A stretch of DNA of 64,000 nt, taken from positions 21,804 through 85,803 of IMG/VR virus record IMGVR_UViG_3300013999_000001; one strand, 5' to 3'. The position numbers and the translations under genes were made by a program. Under the pieces are notes generated by a model, which saw nothing but the letters and a program-made list of their open reading frames with translations, was not told where the DNA came from and ran no database searches. This stretch comes from a virus. Lineage: Duplodnaviria; Caudoviricetes. The first letter of the stretch is position 1, and each line of letters opens with the position of its first letter. Positions 37,650 to 47,339 of this stretch are shown here, in pieces.

Positions 37650-38371
37650 CCGGACCCTATGACCACTGGTTAGACGACGAGGATCAGCCCGTCATTATCG
37701 CCCCGCAGCCAGACCAGCCCACGCCGCCCGCCGTCACGGAGCTGGACGACGCATTCACGCCCGCGCCGGTCGAAGATACGGACGACGTACCGCACCGGAA
37801 CGATGACGAGCCGGACGCAGCCAGTCTGCCGTCTGCGCTGGCCGAACGCGCTCAGGACACCAGCCTGAAACCCCGATTTAAGGGGCATGCGCCGCTTAAT
37901 AACACCGTCCGCAAGGACTGGATCAGGGTGATTGAGCTGGACCCGGATAACTTCGACGCCCTGCTGTTCCGCCCGGACCCCGAGGACGTAGGCGAGGTAG
38001 ACGAGGAAACCGGGCTGGAGGGCCAGTCGTTTACTGAAATTAACAACAACCAGCGTGACCTGCGCTATCAGGACCCGGTAACGGTAAAGGTTATAGATTG
38101 CCCTGATGACCGGGATTCATTTCATGCCGTGGATGCGGACGGCGAGCAGGACGGGCTATCTGATGAAATCCAACTCCTGCGCATCGCCGCCGAGGGGGTA
38201 AGCGTCGGCTCTATCCTCACCTGGAATGAAGAAATGGCGTCCGGGAAGCTGGCGCAACGCTGGTGGTACGTACACCGCATATTCAGCTTTGGGACTCAGC
38301 ACGTCGGATCGCTCTACTACTGCATTCCGGCGCGTAATCTGGACTCTACCGAGGGAGGTAAAGTGACGTGA
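37646..38371 (+). CDS. P1 gp7-like virion protein
   Basis: 241 aa; synteny. Confidence 0.6.
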   Translation: MTGPYDHWLDDEDQPVIIAPQPDQPTPPAVTELDDAFTPAPVEDTDDVPHRNDDEPDAASLPSALAERAQDTSLKPRFKGHAPLNNTVRKDWIRVIELDPDNFDALLFRPDPEDVGEVDEETGLEGQSFTEINNNQRDLRYQDPVTVKVIDCPDDRDSFHAVDADGEQDGLSDEIQLLRIAAEGVSVGSILTWNEEMASGKLAQRWWYVHRIFSFGTQHVGSLYYCIPARNLDSTEGGKVT

Positions 38372-39132
38372 ATAAGGAACTACTAGCCCGCCACCGGGAA
38401 TGGAAATTAACCCCTACCGGCAAATTTGAAGTGACCGGATTTTCCGCCGTCGATGCCGCAGTAGCTGCGAAAATCAGCGACACATTCAGCCGCGTATCGG
38501 TCACACACGCGGACCCGGCGCGCGCACGTTTTGCCTCCTTCCTGGCGAGAGCGCCCAAAGACCGCGTTTTTGTCGGTCAGTATGATTCCGTGGTCGAGTT
38601 TCTGGCCGCATTGCGCCGTGCAGCTGCCGGACGTGGCAGCGTGCCGGAGAACGTGCCGGTTAACCGTGACGCTCTGCCGCTGGTCAACATTTCCCGATCG
38701 TTTGATCTGGCCTATGAGAGCAACGATTACCAGCGCGATCGCCGTGATGCTGGTTTTATTTACTGCGACGACGGCGTTACACCTGCCGCTGTGCTGGAAA
38801 TAACCCAGGCCACATTGACCTACAACGTGTCGCTCATTGCCGCCGAGAAAACGACGTTAGGACTGATGTGTAACGCATTTGCCGGAGATCTCCGTTTCCT
38901 CTCCAACACCAGCTTTAAGGCGCAGGAAAAGATCGTTAACGTCATGGTCGAGGTGGATTGCTGCATTACCGAAGCCAAAGGCACCGGCTTTACCGATATC
39001 TCACCTCCGCTCACTGAAAACCGCATATTCGCCGCCCAGGCAATGGTTATGGTGATGGCCGATGTGTATCTGGCGTGGGAAGTGGATGCCACGCGTATCC
39101 GGGTGGAAACCGTCAGTAACGTGTTGAGGTAA
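38368..39132 (+). CDS. P1 gp24-like tail/neck protein
   Basis: LTPTGKFE and ALPLVNISRS match recalled gp24. Confidence 0.7.
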   Translation: MNKELLARHREWKLTPTGKFEVTGFSAVDAAVAAKISDTFSRVSVTHADPARARFASFLARAPKDRVFVGQYDSVVEFLAALRRAAAGRGSVPENVPVNRDALPLVNISRSFDLAYESNDYQRDRRDAGFIYCDDGVTPAAVLEITQATLTYNVSLIAAEKTTLGLMCNAFAGDLRFLSNTSFKAQEKIVNVMVEVDCCITEAKGTGFTDISPPLTENRIFAAQAMVMVMADVYLAWEVDATRIRVETVSNVLR

Positions 39133-39134
39133 CT

Positions 39135-40115
39135 ATGGCCCAGCTCCAGCAGTATTTTTTACAGTCCGCCACGCTGAACGGCCAGGTAATTCCGCGTGAC
39201 TGGGTAAACAGCACTCTGTATCTCGAAAAGACCAAACTCACCGGGCCTCTGGTGCGTCTGGAAGTCAGGGACGCCACCGGTTCGATAACCGATGACTTTA
39301 AAGCCGCCTACGGGGCAACGCTGGTGGTGGAATTTGGCGATCCGACCGGGACACGCGGCACCATCAAAGAGACGTTCTTTGTTACGTCAGCACCTGCCCG
39401 GGGCGATGTGATAGAGATTGTTGGCGTGAGTATGGATTTGAAGCGGGTCAAAACAGCAGTATCCGGGGCAAGGTTGTACGCAAACCGCCAGCCGGGGGAT
39501 ATCCTCGCCGATTTTGCTGGTGGGCTGACAGTGGAGGCTGACGCGTTTAAAAAGGCATGCACCTATCACCTGAATATGGGCGAAAAGCCGTCCGTGGTGC
39601 TGAGCCAGGTTGCCCGCGACAATGGCGCGCTGGTCTGGATGGCTCGCGGTAAGTTTTATGTCAAAGAAATGGCCCGCCTGATTAAGACCAAAGCGGCGTT
39701 TGTCTATGAGGCTAACAACCCGGCAGCGGCCTATACAATCAGCCGTCAGCAGAATATCAATCAGGATTCCGCCGCCACCGACAGCCGCCAGTACCGGTTT
39801 GTCGGCTACTCCATGACAGACGGTTTTATGGAAGCAGGAGACGCGGCGCTGCCAGTTAAATACGTGTCCGATGCGGACATGGCCACGCTGAAAAATATGC
39901 AACAGGTGCTGGTGCCGAAACTGGATATAGAGGTATCCGGCAACCCGGACATTACCGCAGGCATGGTGATTGGCATTCAGATCCACCGTTACGACAATCA
40001 GAACCAAACGGACGAGTCTCTGCCGAAAAACTTCATCGTGGAGCGTGTGGCCCACTATGAGGACCGTATTTCGTACACCACGCGCGCCATTCTGGGAGTG
40101 CCTCACATTGAGTAA
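39135..40115 (+). CDS. Baseplate hub, P1 gp6-like
   Basis: 326 aa, precedes the spike gene. Confidence 0.65.
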   Translation: MAQLQQYFLQSATLNGQVIPRDWVNSTLYLEKTKLTGPLVRLEVRDATGSITDDFKAAYGATLVVEFGDPTGTRGTIKETFFVTSAPARGDVIEIVGVSMDLKRVKTAVSGARLYANRQPGDILADFAGGLTVEADAFKKACTYHLNMGEKPSVVLSQVARDNGALVWMARGKFYVKEMARLIKTKAAFVYEANNPAAAYTISRQQNINQDSAATDSRQYRFVGYSMTDGFMEAGDAALPVKYVSDADMATLKNMQQVLVPKLDIEVSGNPDITAGMVIGIQIHRYDNQNQTDESLPKNFIVERVAHYEDRISYTTRAILGVPHIE

Positions 40116-40764
40116 GAAACGTGCTGTTATCGCCGGGACCAAACACCCGGGCGGGCTGGTGCGCGCGCAGATCCGCCTGCTGCCGGAGTGGAACGGCGTA
40201 CCCGAAGAGAATTTGCCGTGGGCGGAGTACATGCTGGGGATCGGCAACGCCTTTACTCCGACCGTTACCGGTGATCTGGTCTGGGTGGAGTTTCCGTATA
40301 CCGATGCCCGGGGAAAGCCGGACACACGGCGACCGCTTATCGTAGGCGCAGCACAAGACGCCCCGGGCGGTGTGCCAAACGTTGCGCCGGAGGCTTCCGG
40401 GCAGGGTGAACCGTGGGCTCCGGGAGAAATTGATGGAGCGCCGGCACGCCCAAAAACAGTGTCAACGGAGGATTTTGTTGTCCATCGCAATAACATCCTG
40501 GAAGTGCGAACGGCTGGCGGCGGATATGAGATAGCAAACACCGCAGCTGGCGCTCGCGTCGGCATGAACGAATCGGGGGAAATGTATCTCATCGGCCCGG
40601 GAAACCTGCTGCTTAATATGGCAGGGGATATTATTGCCAAGGCCGGGGGCAAGATCATGTTTGAGTCTGGCGCGGACACATCCATGAAGTCAGGGGCGAA
40701 AATTGACATGACAGCCGCTGGTGCGCTGAACGGAAAAGCTGCGTCGGTATCGTTTTCAAAATAA
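40108..40764 (+). CDS. Baseplate spike (Gp5/VgrG OB-fold like)
   Basis: LPWAEY, GDLVWVEF and RPLIVG; TTG start at 40108. Confidence 0.75.
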   Translation: MSKKRAVIAGTKHPGGLVRAQIRLLPEWNGVPEENLPWAEYMLGIGNAFTPTVTGDLVWVEFPYTDARGKPDTRRPLIVGAAQDAPGGVPNVAPEASGQGEPWAPGEIDGAPARPKTVSTEDFVVHRNNILEVRTAGGGYEIANTAAGARVGMNESGEMYLIGPGNLLLNMAGDIIAKAGGKIMFESGADTSMKSGAKIDMTAAGALNGKAASVSFSK

Positions 40765-40828
40765 ATAACAGTAATTCTAATTGCTGTCTGATAAATTACC
40801 CGTAATTTGTGCATTGGGTAATTTGAAA

Positions 40829-41737
40829 ATGAAAACGCCTTTCCTGAAAAACGTCTGCATCTACCGCCTTTCCCGGGACTTCAAGTTGGACCCGGACGCG
40901 CTCGAAAAACAAATGGCAGAGTTCGCCTTCACCCCTTGCGGTTCGCAGGATATGAGCCGCAGGGGGTGGGTGAACGTCACGCCTGAAAAGCTGTTCATTG
41001 AGCATGAAGACAGCTTCCTGCTGTGCTGCCAGCACCAGGCAAAAATCATTCCCAATCCCGTCATTAACGATGCCGTGGCCGAGCGTGTCGCCAAAATTGA
41101 GGCCGACCAGGGGCGCAAAATTCGCCGCATAGAACGTTTAAGCATCAAAGATGAAGTGCTGCATACCCTGCTGCCGCGCGCGTTCTCAAAGAACACCAGC
41201 AATTACGTCTGGGTGGATGTCGCCCACCAGCTCGTTTTCGTGGAAGCATCCAGCGCCCGTGTCGCTGAGGATTTACTGGGCCTGCTGCGCAAAACGCTCG
41301 GCTCGCTGCCGGTTGTTCCATTGATGATGGAAACCCCCATTGAATTGACTATTACCGACTGGCTGAAAAAAAACGCGATGCCTGCCGGTTACGCTGCCGG
41401 AAGCGAGGCCGTGTTAAAGGCGATTCTGGAGAATGGCGGGGCTTTACGTGTCAGCAAGCAGGACCTGCTGAGCGACGAAATCACAAACCATATCGACGCC
41501 GGTAAACTCGCCACCACACTGGCGCTGGACTGGCAAAAGCGGATCACGTTCCGTCTGGCTGACGATATGACGATTAAAGCCATTCACTATGCCGACGATC
41601 TGCGCGATCAGAATGACGACATCGAGCGCGAGGACATTCATTCCCGCATGGTCGCTGACTTCATCCTGTTTAAGGCGGAGTTTGGCGCGCTGCTGGCTTC
41701 ACTGATTGACGTGCTGGGTGGCGAATATGCTCGGTAA
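40829..41737 (+). CDS. hrdC: RdgC homolog (P1 HrdC)
   Basis: IYRL, FTPCGSQDMSRRGW, LLPRAFS and LLRKTLGSLPVVP. Confidence 0.92.
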   Translation: MKTPFLKNVCIYRLSRDFKLDPDALEKQMAEFAFTPCGSQDMSRRGWVNVTPEKLFIEHEDSFLLCCQHQAKIIPNPVINDAVAERVAKIEADQGRKIRRIERLSIKDEVLHTLLPRAFSKNTSNYVWVDVAHQLVFVEASSARVAEDLLGLLRKTLGSLPVVPLMMETPIELTITDWLKKNAMPAGYAAGSEAVLKAILENGGALRVSKQDLLSDEITNHIDAGKLATTLALDWQKRITFRLADDMTIKAIHYADDLRDQNDDIEREDIHSRMVADFILFKAEFGALLASLIDVLGGEYAR

Positions 41738-43850
41738 CACCATTACCAACCAGCTGAGTTACGGCTCGGTTTGTAGCGGCATTGAAGCAGCCAGCATTGC
41801 CTGGGAACCGCTGGGACTGCGCCCTTTATGGTTCGCTGAGATTGAGAAATTCCCTTCCGCCGTCCTCGCGCACCACTGGCCGCACATCACCAACCTGGGC
41901 GACATGACCAAAATCGCTGCGGCTATACGCGCGGGCGACGTGGAAGCGCCCGACATTCTGGTAGGTGGTACACCCTGCCAGGCATTCAGCATTGCCGGTT
42001 TGCGTAAGGGCCTATCCGATGCGCGCGGGCAGTTAACATTAGCTTTTGTGGAATTAGCAAATGCCATCGACGACGTTAGAAAAGCCGCAGGTAAGCCGCC
42101 CTGCATCATCATCTGGGAAAACGTGCCAGGCGTCCTCACAAGCCAGGATAACGCATTCGGAAACTTCATTGCCGGACTGGCTGGCGCAGATGAAGCAATC
42201 GAACCAGGTTCACGACCTAAACCAAAGAAAAACAGCAAGTTCTGGCGCTGGCGCAAATCGACCGGTCAGCATGTTCCAAAGTGGACAACTGCTGGTGGTG
42301 CTTATGGACAGCAACGAGCAGTGGCCTGGCGAACCCTCAATGCCGAATACTTCGGAGTGGCCCAACGCCGCCGCCGTGTGTTTGTTATCGCAAGTGCTCG
42401 AACGGGATTCGATCCCGTCCAAGTACTTGCTGAGTTCGAAGGCCTGCGCCGGGATTCTGCGCCGAGCCGTAAACCGTGGGAGATTGCTTCCGCCCTCACT
42501 AAAAATGGCGTTGGAGTCGTCGGCGCAGACGACAACCAGGCCCAGGCAGGACACCTGATCCCTGCGGCTTACGGCGGTGGTAACACTGCCGGGGCAATCG
42601 ACGTGTCCACCACGTTGACCACCAGCAACCAGCGGATCGACTTTGACACAGAAACGCTAATCACATTCCCGGCGCAAATGTCCGGCACCCAGTTTCATTC
42701 CGGTGCCGGGGATATCAGTCAGACCATACAGGCGCATAACCCGACAGCGGTGTGCCTGCCGGACCGCCTGATGGTGCGCCGCCTGATGCCCTACGAGTGC
42801 GAGAAATTACAGGGCTTTTCTGGCGCGCATACAAACATCCCCTATAAGGGCAAACCAGCACAAGACGGCCCGCGCTATCGGGCTATCGGTAATTCAATGG
42901 CCGTGCCGGTCATGCGCTGGATCATGACGCGAATCGCACAAACCCTCGACGGCCAACAACGGATTGACAAAATGACGGATACAGCTGTACCAGTAAAGAA
43001 ACGCGCCAGTAAAAAAGCCGCCAACGATAAGCCAGAGCGTAACAAGCCGTTTTTGAAATGGGCTGGTGGGAAATTCTCACAGCTGGACCAGATCCTGCCG
43101 CATATCGGCACTGGTGATCGTCTCATAGAGCCGTTCGTAGGTGCAGGCTCCATCTTCCTGAATGCTCCAGGCTATAACCGATACGTACTGAGCGATTCCA
43201 GCCCTGACCTGATTAGCTTTTATCTGGCTCTACAGGCGGCTCCGTTGTTGGTGACTGACAAGGCACGACAGATGTTCGCTAATGGCAATGATGAAGACTC
43301 TTATATGGGTATCCGCACCCGGTTTAACAGCATCCGGTACACGCCACATGAACGCGCTGCCGCTTTCCTATACCTGAATCGTCACTCTTTCAACGGCCTG
43401 ATGCGCTACAACCAGAAAGGCGAGTACAACGTGGGGTTTGGCAAATACAAAGCGCCCTACTTCCCGGAGGAAGAACTAGCAGGTTTCGCTGCCATGTCTT
43501 CGCGCTGCGAGTTTGTATGCCGCTCTTTCGTTGACACCATCCGGCTGGCTGGCGAGGGTGACGTGTTATTTTGCGATCCGCCATATATGTCATTACCCGA
43601 TACATCCGGGTTTACTCAATACACAAAGGTGCCGTTTACCGATGAGCACCAGTGGCAACTGCTGAATGAAATGGTTGCAGCCCACCAGCGCGGCTCGCGG
43701 GTGATTGTGACCAACTCGGGGCATCCGGCACTTATTGAAGCCTACAAAAAAGCCGGGTTTAAGGTCCGGGAATTGTTCGCGCGCCGGTCAATGTCCTGCA
43801 AAGGGGATAAGCGAGAAGTGGCTGTAGATCTGGTGGGGGTGCTGGGATGA
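41727..43850 (+). CDS. dmt: Dmt: fused C5-cytosine and Dam-type N6-adenine DNA methyltransferase
   Basis: GGTPCQ, ENVPG and QRRRRVF, then WAGGK, EPFVGAG and DPPY. Confidence 0.92.
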   Translation: MLGNTITNQLSYGSVCSGIEAASIAWEPLGLRPLWFAEIEKFPSAVLAHHWPHITNLGDMTKIAAAIRAGDVEAPDILVGGTPCQAFSIAGLRKGLSDARGQLTLAFVELANAIDDVRKAAGKPPCIIIWENVPGVLTSQDNAFGNFIAGLAGADEAIEPGSRPKPKKNSKFWRWRKSTGQHVPKWTTAGGAYGQQRAVAWRTLNAEYFGVAQRRRRVFVIASARTGFDPVQVLAEFEGLRRDSAPSRKPWEIASALTKNGVGVVGADDNQAQAGHLIPAAYGGGNTAGAIDVSTTLTTSNQRIDFDTETLITFPAQMSGTQFHSGAGDISQTIQAHNPTAVCLPDRLMVRRLMPYECEKLQGFSGAHTNIPYKGKPAQDGPRYRAIGNSMAVPVMRWIMTRIAQTLDGQQRIDKMTDTAVPVKKRASKKAANDKPERNKPFLKWAGGKFSQLDQILPHIGTGDRLIEPFVGAGSIFLNAPGYNRYVLSDSSPDLISFYLALQAAPLLVTDKARQMFANGNDEDSYMGIRTRFNSIRYTPHERAAAFLYLNRHSFNGLMRYNQKGEYNVGFGKYKAPYFPEEELAGFAAMSSRCEFVCRSFVDTIRLAGEGDVLFCDPPYMSLPDTSGFTQYTKVPFTDEHQWQLLNEMVAAHQRGSRVIVTNSGHPALIEAYKKAGFKVRELFARRSMSCKGDKREVAVDLVGVLG

Positions 43851-44512
43851 CGCACGATGATTTAAACCAGATAGCAAAACGCTGGCTCCTGCGCGCGCAA
43901 AGCAGCAAAGGGCCGGGTTGTAAGGTGGCCTTTGTGGAAGTCGGCGCGTTAGGCGACAGCGAACGGGCTGATGCCTGGGGCTATCGCTGGGGCTGGGAGG
44001 GTGGAAGCATGCTGGTGGAGGTCAAAGTATCCCGGTCTGACTTTCTGCGCGACAAGCATAAGCCGCATCGGCAGGCTGGCGGGCTGGGCGATTTTCGGTA
44101 TTACATGTGTCCAGAGGGTATTATCACCCTGGACGATCTGCCGGATAAATGGGGCCTGCTCTGGGTGAACAAGCGCGGCCACGTCAAACTCATGGCCGGT
44201 CACATCTGCTGCCTTGTAGGGAGCAGCTGGGGAGGTGACAGACCGCTGGCGGACCTATGGCGACATGATAGCGATACGGATGTAGAGCGTAGCTTATTGG
44301 CCTATCTGGTTCACCGTGTGGGCGATCCTGATGCGTTACTCCAGGAGCAACGCGCATACCTGCGACTTAACAACCAGCAGGCAACCCGCATAAACGAGCT
44401 TGAAAAAGAGGCACGGGCAACGCGGCATGAGATCTACAACCTGCGGCGACGTCTTAAGTCACTTGGCTGGGAAGAGCCGGAAAACACCCTGCCCGGACAG
44501 CCCATCATCTGA
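43847..44512 (+). CDS. PD-(D/E)xK (MmcB-like) protein
   Basis: ADAWG...VEVKVSRSDFLRD...LPDKWGLL. Confidence 0.65.
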   Translation: MTHDDLNQIAKRWLLRAQSSKGPGCKVAFVEVGALGDSERADAWGYRWGWEGGSMLVEVKVSRSDFLRDKHKPHRQAGGLGDFRYYMCPEGIITLDDLPDKWGLLWVNKRGHVKLMAGHICCLVGSSWGGDRPLADLWRHDSDTDVERSLLAYLVHRVGDPDALLQEQRAYLRLNNQQATRINELEKEARATRHEIYNLRRRLKSLGWEEPENTLPGQPII

Positions 44513-44517
44513 TAAAC

Positions 44518-44546
44518 AAAAGGCCGCTTTAGCGGCCCATTTTTTA
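44518..44546. terminator. Bidirectional terminator
   Basis: AAAA-GGCCGCT-TT-AGCGGCC-CA-T-run between convergent genes. Confidence 0.6.
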
Positions 44547-44834
44547 TGCTTTACGCATCAACGCTAACCGCTTCTCTCGCGGCAGCTCAGCCAACGCCAG
44601 CAGGCCCGCTTTAAGTACGTGAGTACGCGTCAGGTTTACGTCACCCTCACTCGCCGCTTCCTGTAAAAACGAGACAACCTGTTTCAGATAGGCATCGGTC
44701 AGGGATGCAGACACGGGAATGCTCTTTGTACGCGCTTTTGCGCTGGCCTTTACCTCAGAGGGTATCGCCGTTCCGGCATCAACGAATTCGTCCTCAGTGC
44801 GCTTTCTTGGCGCGTCATTTACACGGTTTCTCAC
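44544..44834 (-). CDS. Small centromere-binding protein (ParG-like, RHH)
   Basis: Coupled to parA; PVSASLT...LTRTHVLKAGLLAL. Confidence 0.65.
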   Translation of the reverse strand: MRNRVNDAPRKRTEDEFVDAGTAIPSEVKASAKARTKSIPVSASLTDAYLKQVVSFLQEAASEGDVNLTRTHVLKAGLLALAELPREKRLALMRKA

Positions 44835-45457
44835 AGAATCACCTCTTCTACCAGAGCGCGGACCTCGGCTTTAGCTTTCTCGTTTTCCGCTTCAAAAATG
44901 GTTGTGCTGGATGCCCAGGTATCACGAAATACCTTACGATCGCAGATGCGCGTTTTAGCCTGCGACATTGAAGGAAAATCTTTTAGCACGTCCGCCGCCT
45001 GGTTCCCTTCATCAATAAACATGTTGGTTGGCGTCATGTTCAGTACCAGCCAGCCCCGAATTTTCTCGTTAAACTCCTGCGCATCGGTAAACACGTCGCA
45101 AAGGTGCGGCATGGTATCCAGATCCATTTGTGAAGGGCGCAGCGGGGAAAGGAAAACGTCTGCGGCCATCAACCCGGACCGCAGCTCCTGACTGTCACGT
45201 CCAGCACAATCGGCTATGACGTAATCGTAATGCTGATTGTGCTCGATCAGCATGTTTTTAATCTTCCCGGACGCCGACACAACCGGGATATGCGGCAGCT
45301 CGTCACTCCGGCTGTTATACCAGGCCATAACGGATTGCTGGTCATCGGCATCAACGATAATTACGCGATGCCCCAGCGACATCAGGAAAGAAGCAATAGC
45401 CACGGCCAGTGTAGATTTGCCTACACCACCCTTCTGAGAACCTACCAGGATAATCAT
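44831..45457 (-). CDS. parA: Type Ib Walker ATPase ParA/ParF
   Basis: KGGVGKST, VDADDQ and IADCAG; 208 aa without an N-terminal HTH. Confidence 0.92.
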   Translation of the reverse strand: MIILVGSQKGGVGKSTLAVAIASFLMSLGHRVIIVDADDQQSVMAWYNSRSDELPHIPVVSASGKIKNMLIEHNQHYDYVIADCAGRDSQELRSGLMAADVFLSPLRPSQMDLDTMPHLCDVFTDAQEFNEKIRGWLVLNMTPTNMFIDEGNQAADVLKDFPSMSQAKTRICDRKVFRDTWASSTTIFEAENEKAKAEVRALVEEVIL

Positions 45458-45470
45458 ACAGCCTCCATTG

Positions 45471-45526
45471 TCACACTGTAACAGTGTAATACAGTCTTAC
45501 TGTATTATGGTGCGACAGTATGACGC
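45471..45526. repeat. 8-bp periodic array in the parA promoter (parC/operator candidate)
   Basis: TCACACTG TAACAGTG TAATACAG TCTTACTG TATTATGG TGCGACAG TATGACGC. Confidence 0.6.
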
Positions 45527-45559
45527 TGGCAATACCATTTATGGGGTTATGTGAAGAAA

Positions 45560-45811
45560 CTAAATCAGAAGCCAGTCAACTGCCTGCTGGTCAGCAAACG
45601 ATGGTTGGTAAACGCTCATGCCACCATTTGCATCATTGAAGATTATATCCTCACCTTCGAGAGTTACATGCTCCGCAGGAAGCCAACATTCACGACGGCA
45701 ACATCCCGGATCATTTGAAAAAAAGAGGCCATTTATCGCGGCGTTTATATCCAGACCGGCATCACCAGGGCGGGCGAAAAGGGGGTATTTGATGGGGGGA
45801 AGAAGTGACAC
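45560..45811 (-). CDS. DUF2829/Tad2-like small protein
   Basis: INAAINGL...RRECW...YQPSFADQQAVDW pattern; GAGGA RBS plus GTG. Confidence 0.55.
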   Translation of the reverse strand: MSLLPPIKYPLFARPGDAGLDINAAINGLFFSNDPGCCRRECWLPAEHVTLEGEDIIFNDANGGMSVYQPSFADQQAVDWLLI

Positions 45812-45868
45812 GGTAAAATTCCTCGGTTGGTATTGCGATCACCACCAGGTATTTACGTCCACAAAAAA

Positions 45869-45950
45869 TGGTGGTGACACTGACAGGAGTGGAAATACCG
45901 GCGCAAAAGAATACCGGCCAGCCCGAAAGCTGCCCTGCCAGCGCCACCAT
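45869..45950 (-). ncRNA. c4: C4-type antisense RNA (P1 C4/P4 CI cloverleaf)
   Basis: Stem TGGTGGCGCTGGCAGG/CCTGTCAGTGTCACCA with two hairpins, ends CCA; Ash-type overlapping peptide MVALAGQLSGWPV. Confidence 0.8.
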
Positions 45951-46030
45951 AATTCGAACGGCATTAGCCGTTTTTTGGGTGCGCTGACGCTACGGTACAG
46001 AGCAGCTGTCATTTCTGACGCCCTGAACCG

Positions 46031-46054
46031 TCTTTTGCTTTTCCGGGTTTCCAC
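46031..46054 (-). promoter_or_regulatory. Upstream C4 target (a1/b1-like)
   Basis: GTGGAAA and GCAAAAGA are complementary to the C4 single-stranded TTTCCAC and TCTTTTGC. Confidence 0.7.
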
Positions 46055-46238
46055 GCCCGACAGGTAATGTGACCTGCGGCGCAAAGAATAACAATCGGCC
46101 TTCATATTGCAAGGACAATTAACTTTCAGAATCGTGGAGTTGAACTTACGTCAAGAAAGTGATAGGGAGGCCCGATTGCCCCCCAGCTAACTAAAGCTGA
46201 ACTAAAACAAGCCCCGCCATCTGGCGGTTTTTTTGCCT

Positions 46239-46259
46239 AAATCACAAACCCCCTATCCT
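46239..46259 (+). promoter_or_regulatory. Candidate late promoter
   Basis: AAA-TC-ACAAACC-CCC-TATCCT. Confidence 0.6.
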
Positions 46260-46285
46260 GCCCCTGAAACTACTCAGGAGGCACT

Positions 46286-46570
46286 ATGAGCGCAGCAGGC
46301 ACTATCGACTCAATCTGTTCCGGGCATGGCGGGTTCCCGCCACGTAAAACCGCCGAGGCGGAGCCATTTCTCAAAGTTAATGGCAAGGCAGTGCTGGTGG
46401 ATGGCAATTTGTTCCCGGATCACTCCGACGGAAATTCAACTCATAGCGGCGTTGCCGTCTCTACACGTCCATGGTTTACGGTGAACGGGAAACCCATTGT
46501 GTGTGTGTCGGACCCGGTTTCTTGCGGTTCGGTTGTGGCAACCGGCGACAGTTTCTTTCAGGTGGCGTGA
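46286..46570 (+). CDS. PAAR spike-tip protein
   Basis: CSGHGGFPP, PDH and DPVSCGS Zn-binding pattern. Confidence 0.88.
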   Translation: MSAAGTIDSICSGHGGFPPRKTAEAEPFLKVNGKAVLVDGNLFPDHSDGNSTHSGVAVSTRPWFTVNGKPIVCVSDPVSCGSVVATGDSFFQVA

Positions 46571-47337
46571 TGCTCGACGACGACAAACAAATAGAGGCTT
46601 TCGGTATTCTCAGCGCCCAGGGTGTGGTAACGCCGCAACCTATCATCGTTTGCGGGGAGATCGTCACACTGGCTGGTCAGCTGGTGCAGACTATCACCCC
46701 GTTGCTGGTGGCAGGCACGCTCTATCCGGCATCCATCACCGGCTATACGGCAAAAATTGCAGGCTATATCAGCCACGCCACACAAGCGGGCAGCGCCGCC
46801 GAGGCATTCAGTAAAGCACTTGAGCCGTATATCACTCCGTCAGAGTTGCTACAGATGAAAATTGGCTGGGAGTGCCACGCAAAGGGCAACCGGCTAAATC
46901 CCCCTCCTACCTTTCCGCTGGTTGCAGCACTCAATGATCGTGTAACCACGCAGGCGCTACGCGCTGCGCTGGGTGCTGTTCAAACTGCCGATCTGGTTAA
47001 GGCTATGGTGTCTATCAATACCGTTCTGGCGGTGCCGCCAGCTCCAGCAGAGGGAGGTGCAGCAGCACCGGTCCCGGCACTGAGCGCAAAACAGATTGAG
47101 GATCTGCGGCTGGCCGTTGTCGCGCTCGATGTGGTGTTTTCCTCCGTCAGCAAAAACGTTGCGTTAACGACGAATTACACAAACCAGGTAAACCAGGCGA
47201 CAGGTACGGCGACTAAATCCCTTAGTAATGCCGTCGCCATTACGTTAACCGTCGGATTAGCCACCGATCCGGTCATGTCGCAGGCTATTTCCGCCATCAT
47301 GCCGCCAGGCGTTATGGATGCACTCAAAGAGGATTGA
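46570..47337 (+). CDS. P1 UpfB-like hypothetical protein
   Basis: ATG overlaps the PAAR stop; synteny. Confidence 0.6.
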   Translation: MLDDDKQIEAFGILSAQGVVTPQPIIVCGEIVTLAGQLVQTITPLLVAGTLYPASITGYTAKIAGYISHATQAGSAAEAFSKALEPYITPSELLQMKIGWECHAKGNRLNPPPTFPLVAALNDRVTTQALRAALGAVQTADLVKAMVSINTVLAVPPAPAEGGAAAPVPALSAKQIEDLRLAVVALDVVFSSVSKNVALTTNYTNQVNQATGTATKSLSNAVAITLTVGLATDPVMSQAISAIMPPGVMDALKED

Positions 47338-47339
47338 AA

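Noticed and set aside
39387-40814. 475-aa minus-strand ORF
   Set aside because: Antisense to clear baseplate hub and spike genes
45762-46105. Ash-like ORFs 45762-45950 and 45839-46105 as proteins
   Set aside because: Their apparent conservation is explained by the C4 RNA and its target; translation not supported
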